64,000 nucleotides of DNA from an uncultured Eubacteriales bacterium (GCA_959600635.1 CAUGMN010000003.1:6527-70526); one strand, 5' to 3'. Shown: positions 27,364 through 35,595, numbered from the stretch's first letter. The notes: a model not told the origin generated them from the letters alone. Made by a program: numbers and translations.

Positions 27364-27738
27364 TCAAAAAAACATGCGCACGCCCGCGACGACCATGATC
27401 GCCCCGAACAGCTTGATAATCCACTTCGACGGCACCTTGCCGAGCAGCCATCCGCCGGCCGTGCCGCCGACAAGGCCGCCGAGGCAATACCACAGCGTAT
27501 GCTCCGGAAACGGGTTGCCCGCGCAGAAATAGATGACGGCCGAGACCACGCAGAACGGCGCGATCACCGCCACCGAGGTCGCGCAGGTCTCGCGTTCCGG
27601 AAGCCTGCACCAGAACAGCAGCAGCGGCACGAGCACCATGCCGCCGCCCGCGCCGAGCAGACCGTTGACGAGCCCCGTGGCCAGACCGGTCAGAATCAAT
27701 TTATAATCGTCTTTTTTGAGCTGAATACAACACTTCAT
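27364..27738 (-). CDS. half-size TSUP (TauE/SafE) family permease, first half
   Basis: 124 aa, 4 TM helices, GLLGAGGGMVLVPLL motif; the stop lies 15 nt before the next start. Confidence 0.8.
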   Translation of the reverse strand: MKCCIQLKKDDYKLILTGLATGLVNGLLGAGGGMVLVPLLLFWCRLPERETCATSVAVIAPFCVVSAVIYFCAGNPFPEHTLWYCLGGLVGGTAGGWLLGKVPSKWIIKLFGAIMVVAGVRMFF

Positions 27739-27784
27739 ACAAGCTATTTTTCCTGAAAGCGCGATAAGTTATACTGGATTTGCG

Positions 27785-27813
27785 TTGACAAAAGCGTGTT
27801 TTTTCGTTAAAAT
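27785..27813 (+). promoter_or_regulatory. promoter candidate for purL
   Basis: TTGACA - 17 nt - TAAAAT, about 150 nt upstream of the ATG at 27963. Confidence 0.55.
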
Positions 27814-27962
27814 AATAAGCGAGTCAAAATACGATCGGCCGCCTGGCCTCAGGTCGAATTTTATAAAAGGAACCGCAGCGCGCAGGCTTCGCTTTTCTGC
27901 CGTGCCCTTTGTCTCCCGTCGGAGTCTGCAAAAAAACAAACGAAAGATTGGGTATCGTAAAA

Positions 27963-30900
27963 ATGGCTGTTTACAGATGCTATGTCACCAAGAAAACCGG
28001 CTTTGACTCGGAGAGAACCGCGCTTTTCCGCGATCTGTCGGAGCTTTTGGCGCTCAAATCGCTCCAAAGCGTCGATATTGTTAACCGCTACGACGTCGAA
28101 GGCGTCACGCCGGAAAGCTTTGAAAGCGCCTGCCAAAGCGTTTTCGCCGAGCCGCAGTGCGACGACTGTTTCCCCGAAACGCTGCCCGCAGAGCTGCTGC
28201 GGCAGCCCTGCCGCGTGCTCGCGGTGGAATCGCTGCCCGGCCAGTACGACCAGCGCGCGGACTCCTGCGCCGCGTGCATCCAGCTTTTGTCCGGCGGCGA
28301 GCGCCCGCGCGCGGCCTACGCGCGCATCTACATCCTGCGCGGCGAGCTGAGCGACGCGGATTTTGACCAGTGCAAAAACTGGCTGATTAACCCCGTGGAA
28401 TGCCGCGAGGCGTCGATGGAAAAGCCCGAAACGCTTGCGGCGGCCTACGGCGCGCCCGCGCCGGTCGAAACGCTCGCAGGCTTTACGCAGCTTCACGAGA
28501 CAGAGCTTGCCGCCTGCGTCGCCGAATACGGCCTCGCCATGGACGCGGCCGACCTCGCCTTTTTACAGGCCTATTTCCGCGACGCCGAGCGCCGCGACCC
28601 GACGATCACCGAGCTGCGCGTTCTCGACACCTATTGGTCCGACCACTGCCGCCACACGACGTTTTTGACCCGCCTCTCCGTCGACGGCATCGAGGACGAG
28701 GTCGTCGCCGAGGCGTTCGACCAGTATCTGGCGCTGCGGCGCGAGGTCTTCGGCGACAAGGCCGAGCACCGGCCCGTCACCCTGATGGATATCGCCACCA
28801 TCGGCGCAAAGGCGCTGAAAAAGCGCGGCGTTCTCAAAAACCTCGACGAATCCGACGAGATCAACGCCTGCACCGTCAAGGTCAAGGCCGTCGTCGACGG
28901 CGAGGAGCAGGACTGGCTTCTTCTTTTCAAAAACGAGACCCATAACCATCCAACGGAAATCGAGCCGTTCGGCGGCGCGGCGACCTGCCTCGGCGGCGCG
29001 ATCCGCGACCCGCTCTCCGGCCGCGCCTATGTCTATCAGGCCATGCGCGTCACCGGCAGCGGCGACCCGCGCACGCCGCTGGCCGAGACGCTGCCCGGCA
29101 AGCTCCCGCAGCGGCGGCTGACGAAAACCGCCGCGCGCGGCTATTCCTCCTACGGTAACCAGATCGGCCTCGCCACCGGCTTTGTCGACGAGATCTATCA
29201 CCCCGGCTACGTCGCCAAGCGGCTGGAAATCGGCGCCGTCGTCGGCGCGGCTCCGGCCGAAAACGTGCGGCGCGAGGAGCCCGCGGCAGGCGACGTCGTC
29301 GTCGTGCTCGGCGGGCGCACGGGGCGCGACGGCTGCGGCGGCGCGACCGGCTCCTCCAAGAGCCACAGTGCGGCCTCTCTCTCCGTCTGCGGCGCCGAGG
29401 TTCAGAAGGGCAACCCCCCTGAGGAGCGCAAGCTTCAGCGGCTTTTCCGCAGCCCCGACGTTTCCAAACGCATCAAGCGCTGCAACGATTTCGGCGCCGG
29501 CGGCGTCTCCGTCGCCATCGGCGAGCTGGCCGACGGCCTGAAAATCAACCTCAACGCCCTGCCGAAAAAATACGAGGGCCTGTCCGGCACGGAGCTTGCG
29601 ATCTCCGAATCGCAGGAGCGCATGGCCGTCGTCGTCGCACCAGAGGACGTCGAGGCGATTCTGCGCGCCGCCGCGGCCGAAAACGTCGAGGCGAGCCTTG
29701 TCGCCGTCGTCACCGCCGAGCCGCGGCTGGTGATGGAGCTGAACGGCGAAAAGATCGTCAACCTGTCGCGCGAATTTGTCAACTCCAACGGCGCGCCCAA
29801 AAACGCGGCCTTCGCCGTCCCCGATCTTCCGGAACCGGCCGCCGAGTTCCCGCATGTCTGCGGCGGGCCGGCGCGGCGGCTGGAAGCGCTGCTCGCCGAC
29901 CTCAATATCTGCTCCAAGCGCGGCCTCGTCGAGATGTTCGACTCGTCGATCGGCGCTTCGTCGGTGCTCGCGCCGTTCGGCGGCAAAAACCAGCTCACGC
30001 CGGCGCAGGTCATGGCCGCTCTGCTGCCCGTTCAGAACGGGGAGACGACGACGTGCTCGGTCATGAGCTACGGCTTCAACCCCAATATTTCCGAGCAAAA
30101 CCCGTTTGCCGGCGCCGTTCTGGCCGTGACCGAATCGCTGGCCAAGCTCGCCGCCGCAGGCTGCGACATCGGCAGCGCCTATATGACCTTTCAGGAATAC
30201 TTCGAGCGCCTCCGCGACGAGCCGGCCCGCTGGGGAAAGCCGGTCTCCGCGCTGCTCGGCGCGCTGAGCGCCCAGCTCGGCTACGGCGTCGCCTCCATCG
30301 GCGGCAAGGACTCGATGTCCGGCTCGTTTGAAGACCTCGACGTGCCGCCGACGCTCGTCTCCTTTGCCGTCGCCACCGCCGACGCCTCCGCGCTCGTAAC
30401 CCCCGAATTCAAGGCCGCAGGCAGCACGGTCTGCCTCTTCGCCGCGCCGGTCGACGCAAACGGCCTGCCGGTTTACGCATCTGTGCGCAGTATGTGGGCG
30501 CGCTTCCATGAATACGTCAGAGCCGGCCGGATCAAGGCCGCGTTCGCGCTCACCGCGGGCGGCCTCGGCGAGGCCGTCGCCAAGATGGGCTTCGGCAACG
30601 ACATCGGCTTTGCGCTCGACGAATCGATCGATATTTTCGAGATCTGCCGTTTAAATTACGGCGCGATCCTCGCCGAAACGGACGGGGCGCTCGAAGGCGC
30701 GGTCGTTGTCGGCAAAACGACGGCGGAGCCGGTCATTTCCATGCCGCGCTGCCCCGACGTTTCGCTCGAAACGCTCAAAACGCGCTGGGAGTCTACCCTT
30801 TCCGGCGTCTTCCCCGTCTCCGAGCCGGTCGGGGGCACGGCCGAGCCGGTCGGCTATGCCGAGCGCAACACGGCGCGGCCGCTCGTCAAATGCGCGCGGC

Positions 30901-31694
30901 CGACCGCGGTCATCCCCGTCTTCCCGGGCACCAACTGTGAATTTGACACCGCGCGCGCCGTCGAGCGCGCCGGCGGCATCGCCGAGACGGTCCTCGTCCG
31001 CAACCTGAACCCCGCGCTGCTCCACGAATCGGCCGAGGCGCTTCTCAGCGCCGTCAAGCGCGCCCAGATGCTGATCTTCCCCGGCGGCTTCTCCGGCGGC
31101 GACGAGCCGGAGGGCAGCGGCAAGTTCATCGCCTCGTTTTTCAGAAATCCCGCCCTGCGCGAGGCGACAAACGACCTGATATTAAACCGCGGCGGGCTGA
31201 TTTTAGGCATCTGCAACGGCTTCCAGGCGCTGATCAAGCTCGGCCTCGTGCCGTTCGGCGAGATCCGCGATTTGGACGGCACCTGCCCGACGCTGACCTA
31301 CAACGCCATCGGCGCGCACCGCTCGCGCTATGTGCGCACGCGCGTGGCCTCGGTCAAGTCGCCGTGGCTGGCCAAGTGCTCGCTCGGCGAGGAACACGTC
31401 ATCCCCATTTCGCACGGCGAGGGCCGCTTCGCCGCCGATGATGAGACGCTGGAGCGCCTCATCGCAAACGGCCAGGTCGCCTTCCAGTACGTTGACGCGG
31501 CCGGAAATCCGTCGATGGAGACCGGCGCGAACCCGCCGGGCAGCCTCTTTGCCATCGAGGGCATCACCAGCCCCGACGGCCGCGTGCTCGGCAAGATGGG
31601 ACACACCGAGCGCCGTGGCGCGCTCGTCGGCCGCAACATCCCGGGCAACAAGTTCCAGCCCCTCTTTGAGGCGGGCGTGGAGTATTTCAGGTAA
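27963..31694 (+). CDS. purL: phosphoribosylformylglycinamidine synthase, single-chain (large PurL)
   Basis: 1243 aa. FGAM synthase motifs (HNHPTEIEPFGGAATCLGGAIRD, DFGAGGVSVAIGE) and a C-terminal glutamine amidotransferase domain (LILGICNGFQALIKLG, HGEGRF). Confidence 0.95.
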   Translation: MAVYRCYVTKKTGFDSERTALFRDLSELLALKSLQSVDIVNRYDVEGVTPESFESACQSVFAEPQCDDCFPETLPAELLRQPCRVLAVESLPGQYDQRADSCAACIQLLSGGERPRAAYARIYILRGELSDADFDQCKNWLINPVECREASMEKPETLAAAYGAPAPVETLAGFTQLHETELAACVAEYGLAMDAADLAFLQAYFRDAERRDPTITELRVLDTYWSDHCRHTTFLTRLSVDGIEDEVVAEAFDQYLALRREVFGDKAEHRPVTLMDIATIGAKALKKRGVLKNLDESDEINACTVKVKAVVDGEEQDWLLLFKNETHNHPTEIEPFGGAATCLGGAIRDPLSGRAYVYQAMRVTGSGDPRTPLAETLPGKLPQRRLTKTAARGYSSYGNQIGLATGFVDEIYHPGYVAKRLEIGAVVGAAPAENVRREEPAAGDVVVVLGGRTGRDGCGGATGSSKSHSAASLSVCGAEVQKGNPPEERKLQRLFRSPDVSKRIKRCNDFGAGGVSVAIGELADGLKINLNALPKKYEGLSGTELAISESQERMAVVVAPEDVEAILRAAAAENVEASLVAVVTAEPRLVMELNGEKIVNLSREFVNSNGAPKNAAFAVPDLPEPAAEFPHVCGGPARRLEALLADLNICSKRGLVEMFDSSIGASSVLAPFGGKNQLTPAQVMAALLPVQNGETTTCSVMSYGFNPNISEQNPFAGAVLAVTESLAKLAAAGCDIGSAYMTFQEYFERLRDEPARWGKPVSALLGALSAQLGYGVASIGGKDSMSGSFEDLDVPPTLVSFAVATADASALVTPEFKAAGSTVCLFAAPVDANGLPVYASVRSMWARFHEYVRAGRIKAAFALTAGGLGEAVAKMGFGNDIGFALDESIDIFEICRLNYGAILAETDGALEGAVVVGKTTAEPVISMPRCPDVSLETLKTRWESTLSGVFPVSEPVGGTAEPVGYAERNTARPLVKCARPTAVIPVFPGTNCEFDTARAVERAGGIAETVLVRNLNPALLHESAEALLSAVKRAQMLIFPGGFSGGDEPEGSGKFIASFFRNPALREATNDLILNRGGLILGICNGFQALIKLGLVPFGEIRDLDGTCPTLTYNAIGAHRSRYVRTRVASVKSPWLAKCSLGEEHVIPISHGEGRFAADDETLERLIANGQVAFQYVDAAGNPSMETGANPPGSLFAIEGITSPDGRVLGKMGHTERRGALVGRNIPGNKFQPLFEAGVEYFR

Positions 31695-31703
31695 CGCTTT
31701 CCG

Positions 31704-31745
31704 AAAAACAGAGCCGCTGATAGAATCAGCGGCTCTGTTTTGTTT
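31704..31745 (+). terminator. rho-independent terminator of purL
   Basis: ACAGAGCCGCTGAT / ATCAGCGGCTCTGT stem followed by TTTTGTTT. Confidence 0.85.
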
Positions 31746-31790
31746 GCGGCGGCAAAACGGGCCGGCAAAGGCGCGGAAGCGTTTGACAAC

Positions 31791-31839
31791 AAAAAAACAA
31801 ACCGCTGCGCTCTCCGTATCGATGCGGAGAGCGCAGCGG
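31791..31839 (-). terminator. rho-independent terminator closing the XRE array (minus strand)
   Basis: CCGCTGCGCTCTCCG / CGGAGAGCGCAGCGG stem followed by TTTGTTTTTTT on the minus strand. Confidence 0.75.
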
Positions 31840-31965
31840 TTCAGCGCCAGCTGGTTCGCTTTAAGGGTGATTTCGGACGCGCCTGCGCGAGCTCGCTTCC
31901 ATTCATCTCATCCGCCAGAGCGAAAACGCTCCGCAGACCGTTCTTTCAGAAAACCGTTGCCCCGC

Positions 31966-32334
31966 TCATGCTTTCCCGGCTAAGCCTCGCAGCATATCGA
32001 GTACGACTGCTCTCTGTTCCGGCGACAGCTCTGCAATCAGGGCGTAAATCTCCGCGGCCTCGCCGTCTCCGGACGGTTCCCCTTTTCCGGCCTCCGGCGG
32101 TCTTTGCGCTTGGTCTGTCTGGCCGGTCAGGTATTCAACCGTCGTGTTGAGCTTGTCGGCAATGATAGAGAGTTCGTTGGCGTCGATGTGATCTTTGCCC
32201 AGCCTGACATCCGCTAAAAAAGTAGCTCGTTTGCCAATCAGAGAACATAAATATGTCATCGTCAACCCTTGCGTCTTAGCCAATGTCTTTATTCTATTCA
32301 CGTCTATATTGTGCACTGTGCCCAAAATAATCAC
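31966..32334 (-). CDS. XRE-family HTH protein, paralog A (weak RBS, GTG start; possibly decaying)
   Basis: The HTH_3-like N-terminus (IKTLAKTQGLTMTYLCSLIGKRATFLADVRLG) diverges from copies B and C; the C-terminal ~75 aa are nearly identical to them. The RBS is degenerated relative to copy C. Confidence 0.65.
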   Translation of the reverse strand: MIILGTVHNIDVNRIKTLAKTQGLTMTYLCSLIGKRATFLADVRLGKDHIDANELSIIADKLNTTVEYLTGQTDQAQRPPEAGKGEPSGDGEAAEIYALIAELSPEQRAVVLDMLRGLAGKA

Positions 32335-32360
32335 GTCCGATTTGTATATAATACCAAATC

Positions 32361-32402
32361 CGATAAAATTATCGAATTGCTATTGACATTCGATAATTTT
32401 AT
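32361..32402 (+). promoter_or_regulatory. operator/promoter A: inverted repeat around a TTGACA box; -10 and downstream gene deleted
   Basis: CGATAAAATTATCGAA - 12 nt including TTGACA - TTCGATAATTTTAT (14/14 complementary). Confidence 0.6.
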
Positions 32403-32435
32403 TAGAAAACGGCCATAGCCGAAGCCGCACCCCGC

Positions 32436-32804
32436 TCATGCTTTTCCGGCTAAGCCCCGCAGCATGTCGAGCACGACCGCTCTCTGCTCCGGCGACAGCT
32501 CTGCAATCAGGGCGCAGATCTCCGCGGCCTCGCCGTCTTCGGCCGGTTCCCCTTTTCCGGCCTCCGGCGGTCTTTGCGCTTGATCTGTCTGGTCGGTCAG
32601 GTATTCAACCGTCGTGTTAAGCTTGTCGGCAATGATAGAGAGCTCGTTGGCGTCGATGTGATCTTTGCCAAATCGCACTTCGTTTAAAAAGCCACTTCTT
32701 TTCCCAATACAATCACACAAAAATTTCAATGTAATTCCTTGACTTTTCGCCAACATCCTTATCTTGTCAATATTGACATTAGTAATATTGCACAATTCAA
32801 CCAC
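32436..32804 (-). CDS. XRE-family HTH protein, paralog B
   Basis: IRMLAKSQGITLKFLCDCIGKRSGFLNEVRFG plus the conserved C-terminus. AAGGAG RBS; the true start is probably the TTG a few codons inside the ORF-track GTG. Confidence 0.75.
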   Translation of the reverse strand: MVELCNITNVNIDKIRMLAKSQGITLKFLCDCIGKRSGFLNEVRFGKDHIDANELSIIADKLNTTVEYLTDQTDQAQRPPEAGKGEPAEDGEAAEICALIAELSPEQRAVVLDMLRGLAGKA

Positions 32805-32828
32805 TCCTTATTTGTGCAAAACGTATAA

Positions 32829-32881
32829 CCACTTAATTCTGTGGAAATTTCATTGACTTCCATAAAATTCAGTGGTATATT
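32829..32881 (+). promoter_or_regulatory. operator/promoter B: inverted repeat embracing TTGACT - 17 nt - TATATT
   Basis: Arms CCACTTAATTCTGTGG and CCATAAAATTCAGTGG (13/16 complementary). The second arm fills the promoter spacer. Confidence 0.6.
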
Positions 32882-33161
32882 ATTGTCGCGTCGAGAGACA
32901 AACGCAGCAGTTTCGGCACGGATGCCGCGTGCGGCGCGCCTATGCAGGCGCGGAAAACGCCTTCCAAATAAAACGGTTCGTTGAAAGCGGCTCGCTTCGC
33001 TCAGCCGCGCCCGTTTCGGCCGCATTTCAAAATTAAGCGGTCCGCAGCGGCAGTTCCGTCCGGCCGCGCCGGAAAAATGCGCAAAACTGCCCATATTATA
33101 GTCAGTATACCTGATCGCCTAATCCCTGTCAAGCGTCAAGCGCTTTCCCCCTCCTTTTGAA

Positions 33162-33335
33162 GAGGAGCGTTTTAAGGACAAGCTCCCCGAAGAGCTGCGC
33201 AAAGAGCTGGCCGAGCTCGAAGACTGCTGCGGCGCCGTACACAGCGCGGATCTCGCGCCGGCCTTTTCCGACGGCTTCCGGTTCGGCGCGAGACTCGCCA
33301 CCGAGATTTTTGGCGGCGAGAGCCTCATGGATTAG
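33162..33335 (+). pseudogene. 5'-truncated copy of the small helical protein gene (lacks start and first ~35 codons)
   Basis: In frame it reads EERFKDKLPEELRKELAELEDCCGAVHSADLAPAFSDGFRFGARLATEIFGGESLMD*, nearly identical to 34121..34294. The upstream ~130 bp with the RBS and ATG is deleted. Confidence 0.8.
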
Positions 33336-33363
33336 AAAACGTCCCCCGCCATTTGCACCCCGC

Positions 33364-33756
33364 TCATGCTTTCCCGGCTAAGCCCCGCAGCATATCGAGC
33401 ACGACCGCTCTCTGTTCCGGCGACAGCTCTGCAATCAGGGCGTAAATCTCCGCGGTCTCGCCGTCTCCGGCCGGTTCCCCTTTTCCGGCCTCCGGCGGTC
33501 TTTGCGCTTGGTCTGTCTGGCCGGTCAGGTATTCAACCGTCGTGTTAAGCTTGTCGGCAATGATAGAGAGTTCATTGGTGTCGATGTGATCATAGCCAAG
33601 CCTGACCTGTGATAAAAAGGCACTCCGCTTTCCAATACAATCGCATAAATATTTCATCGTTATTCCACGCAATTTGGCAACTTCTTTTATTCTATCTACG
33701 TTTACATTTTTTACATTGTAAAACTTGCCCAAAAATGACACCTCCTTTTTGTGCAA
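33364..33756 (-). CDS. XRE-family HTH protein, paralog C
   Basis: IKEVAKLRGITMKYLCDCIGKRSAFLSQVRLG plus the conserved C-terminus. Strong AAGGAGGTG RBS; the likely start is the TTG 8 nt downstream of it (protein begins GKFYNVKNVNV). Confidence 0.8.
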   Translation of the reverse strand: MHKKEVSFLGKFYNVKNVNVDRIKEVAKLRGITMKYLCDCIGKRSAFLSQVRLGYDHIDTNELSIIADKLNTTVEYLTGQTDQAQRPPEAGKGEPAGDGETAEIYALIAELSPEQRAVVLDMLRGLAGKA

Positions 33757-33766
33757 AATAGAGATT

Positions 33767-33819
33767 CGGTAAAATTCTTCCGAAAGCCCATTGACTTCGA
33801 AAGAATTTTACCGTATACT
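33767..33819 (+). promoter_or_regulatory. operator/promoter C: inverted repeat embracing TTGACT - 17 nt - TATACT
   Basis: Arms CGGTAAAATTCTTCCG and CGAAAGAATTTTACCG (15/16 complementary). The second arm fills the spacer. Confidence 0.65.
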
Positions 33820-34015
33820 ATTGTCGTGCCGAGAGACAAACGCCGTGGTTTCGGCAGCGTTTCAAAATCAAGCGGTCCGCGGCGGCAGTTCCGTCCGGCC
33901 GCGCCGAAAAATGCGCAAAACTGCCCATATTATATTTAGTATACCTGATTGTCTAACCTCTGTCAAGCATTCGGCGCTTTTCCCCTCATTTTGATTAAAA
34001 AAGGATGGGTCTGTT

Positions 34016-34294
34016 ATGACAACACTCGAAGAGCTCTACTACGGAAATATCGTCCCCCACGATATGCGGCACCGCCCGACGCCCCAGCAGAGACGCCGGG
34101 AAAAGGAGCTGTTCGCGGCGGAGGAGCGTTTTAAGGACAAGCTCCCCGAAGAGCTGCACAAAGAGCTGGCCGAGCTCGAAGACTGCTGCGGCGCCGTACA
34201 CAGCGCGGATCTCGCGCTGGCCTTTTCCGACGGCTTCCGGCTCGGCGCGAGACTCGCCGCCGAGATTTTTGGCGGCGAGAGCCTCGCGGATTAG
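34016..34294 (+). CDS. small helical protein of unknown function (LYYGNI-P family seen beside XRE regulators in Clostridia)
   Basis: 92 aa: MTTLEELYYGNIVPHDMRH...EERFKDKLPEELHKELAELEDCC...FSDGFRLGARLAAEIF. It is the only intact copy of three and is followed by a terminator. Confidence 0.7.
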   Translation: MTTLEELYYGNIVPHDMRHRPTPQQRRREKELFAAEERFKDKLPEELHKELAELEDCCGAVHSADLALAFSDGFRLGARLAAEIFGGESLAD

Positions 34295-34307
34295 ATTACA
34301 GCCACAG

Positions 34308-34353
34308 CCGAAGCCGCGCCCCGTCAAAAGCGCGGGGCGCGGCTTCGGTTTTA
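34308..34353 (+). terminator. rho-independent terminator of the small helical protein gene
   Basis: CCGAAGCCGCGCCCCG / CGGGGCGCGGCTTCGG stem followed by TTTT. Confidence 0.8.
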
Positions 34354-35250
34354 TTTCCGGTTCAGCTTGGGCTTGCGCGTCCGTTTTTGTTCGTAGATCT
34401 CGCCGGTTTCGAGATAGATTGCGCTTTCAAAGTCCGCGCCGCCGCCGATATCGATGATGCGCGCGCCCTTGGCGTAGCCCTCCAAGCCGTAGCACTGGTA
34501 GCCCGACCCTCTGCCGTAGCAGAGCCGGATGCCGTGCAGCGTGCCCTCGTAGTCGTTGATGTGATCGTGTCCGACAAAGACGCCGCGCATCGCCCCGCCC
34601 CGCACCATGGCGGCGAAGAGCCCGTCGTTGCAGTCGGTGGCGCAGACGCGCTCCTGATTAAAGCCCTTGCACGGCTCATAGTCCCAAACTTCGATGTATT
34701 CAGGCACCGGCACGTGGAAAAACGCCAGCTCTCTGTGCCCCTCGCCCAGCGCCGCCGACGTTTCGGCATACCAGAGAATCTGATTGAGCGCGAAGTGTCC
34801 GCGGTGCGAATCGATCATATAGAGCGCCCAGTCGGGCTTTTCGGCCGTGCCTCCGACGGTGACAAGATAGTTTCCCCAGCCGTCCGCCGATTCCGGCCCC
34901 ATCTCAAACAGGCTGTTTTTGCGCCCGAGCAGCATTTCCGCAAACAGGCGCCGCCCGCCCTCGGCGCGGTCGCCGAGGCGCTCTCCGTCGTGATTGCCGA
35001 GCACCGGCGCCCACGGAATCCCGAAGGCGTCCAGTTCGTCGACCAGCCGGTCGACGGCCTCGCGGTCGCCCGTTCCCCATGCGATATCGCCGGTGATCAC
35101 GATCAGATCCGGCGACGTGTCGCGCAGCGTCTGGCGAATGAGCGCGAAGGTCTGCTCATACTCTTCAAAGCGTTCGGTCGAGTCGAGGTGAATATCGGTC
35201 AGCTGGCAGATACGGAACCGGCCTCCGGCCGGAATTGAAAAATGTGTCAT
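34351..35250 (-). CDS. calcineurin-like metallophosphoesterase
   Basis: ICQLTDIHLD, VITGDIAWG, VLGNHD and VGHDHINDY motifs. The start is trimmed to the ATG at 35250, which has a GGGAGGAAA RBS. Confidence 0.88.
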   Translation of the reverse strand: MTHFSIPAGGRFRICQLTDIHLDSTERFEEYEQTFALIRQTLRDTSPDLIVITGDIAWGTGDREAVDRLVDELDAFGIPWAPVLGNHDGERLGDRAEGGRRLFAEMLLGRKNSLFEMGPESADGWGNYLVTVGGTAEKPDWALYMIDSHRGHFALNQILWYAETSAALGEGHRELAFFHVPVPEYIEVWDYEPCKGFNQERVCATDCNDGLFAAMVRGGAMRGVFVGHDHINDYEGTLHGIRLCYGRGSGYQCYGLEGYAKGARIIDIGGGADFESAIYLETGEIYEQKRTRKPKLNRK

Positions 35251-35566
35251 AGCGTTTCCTCCCGATGGATGAAGATGGATGAAATGGATAAAAAAATCCG
35301 CGCGGATTCTATACCGTCTGCTGCGCCTTCGCCCTGCGGCAAACGCAGAACAGACGGCGAACCCGGCCTTGCGGTTCCGCAAATATTATACCATAAACCG
35401 GCGGCGCTGTCCCGCCGGTTTTTGATTTTTTTCGATCGGTTCCGCGTTTTTTTCGTCCGGCCGAACCGCTGCGCGCCGGTCGCAAAGCGCGAAAGGCGCG
35501 CAGCGCCGTTTTTGGGAGGCCCGCTCCGCAATCCCGCCGTTTCTTTTATAAATTCCGGCGTTTGAT

Positions 35567-35595
35567 TTGCCAAACGCCAACATTTGTGCTATAAT
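35567..35595 (+). promoter_or_regulatory. promoter candidate for the ThyX-like/PHP/galET gene string
   Basis: TTGCCA - 17 nt - TATAAT with TGc extended -10, about 90 nt upstream of the ATG at 35683. Confidence 0.6.

Noticed and set aside
26980-27738. Reading the two TSUP half genes as a frameshifted pseudogene.
   Set aside because: Both halves are complete 4-TM units with their own start codons, the second has an RBS, and the 15-nt spacer is clean. A split gene cannot be excluded without ortholog comparison.
27814-27962. Purine or ZTP riboswitch in the purL leader (contains CCGCCTGG, reminiscent of the pfl/ZTP 3' subdomain).
   Set aside because: The leader lacks the 5' GGGTCG..GACTGGCG subdomain of ZTP and the conserved loops of the purine aptamer, and no terminator follows. 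It would need an Rfam scan to revisit.
31746-34353. Prophage or ICE remnant call for the XRE array.
   Set aside because: There is no integrase, recombinase, att-like direct repeats, tRNA or structural or conjugation genes in or next to the segment. Only the regulatory cassette is present, so it is reported as an orphan array instead.
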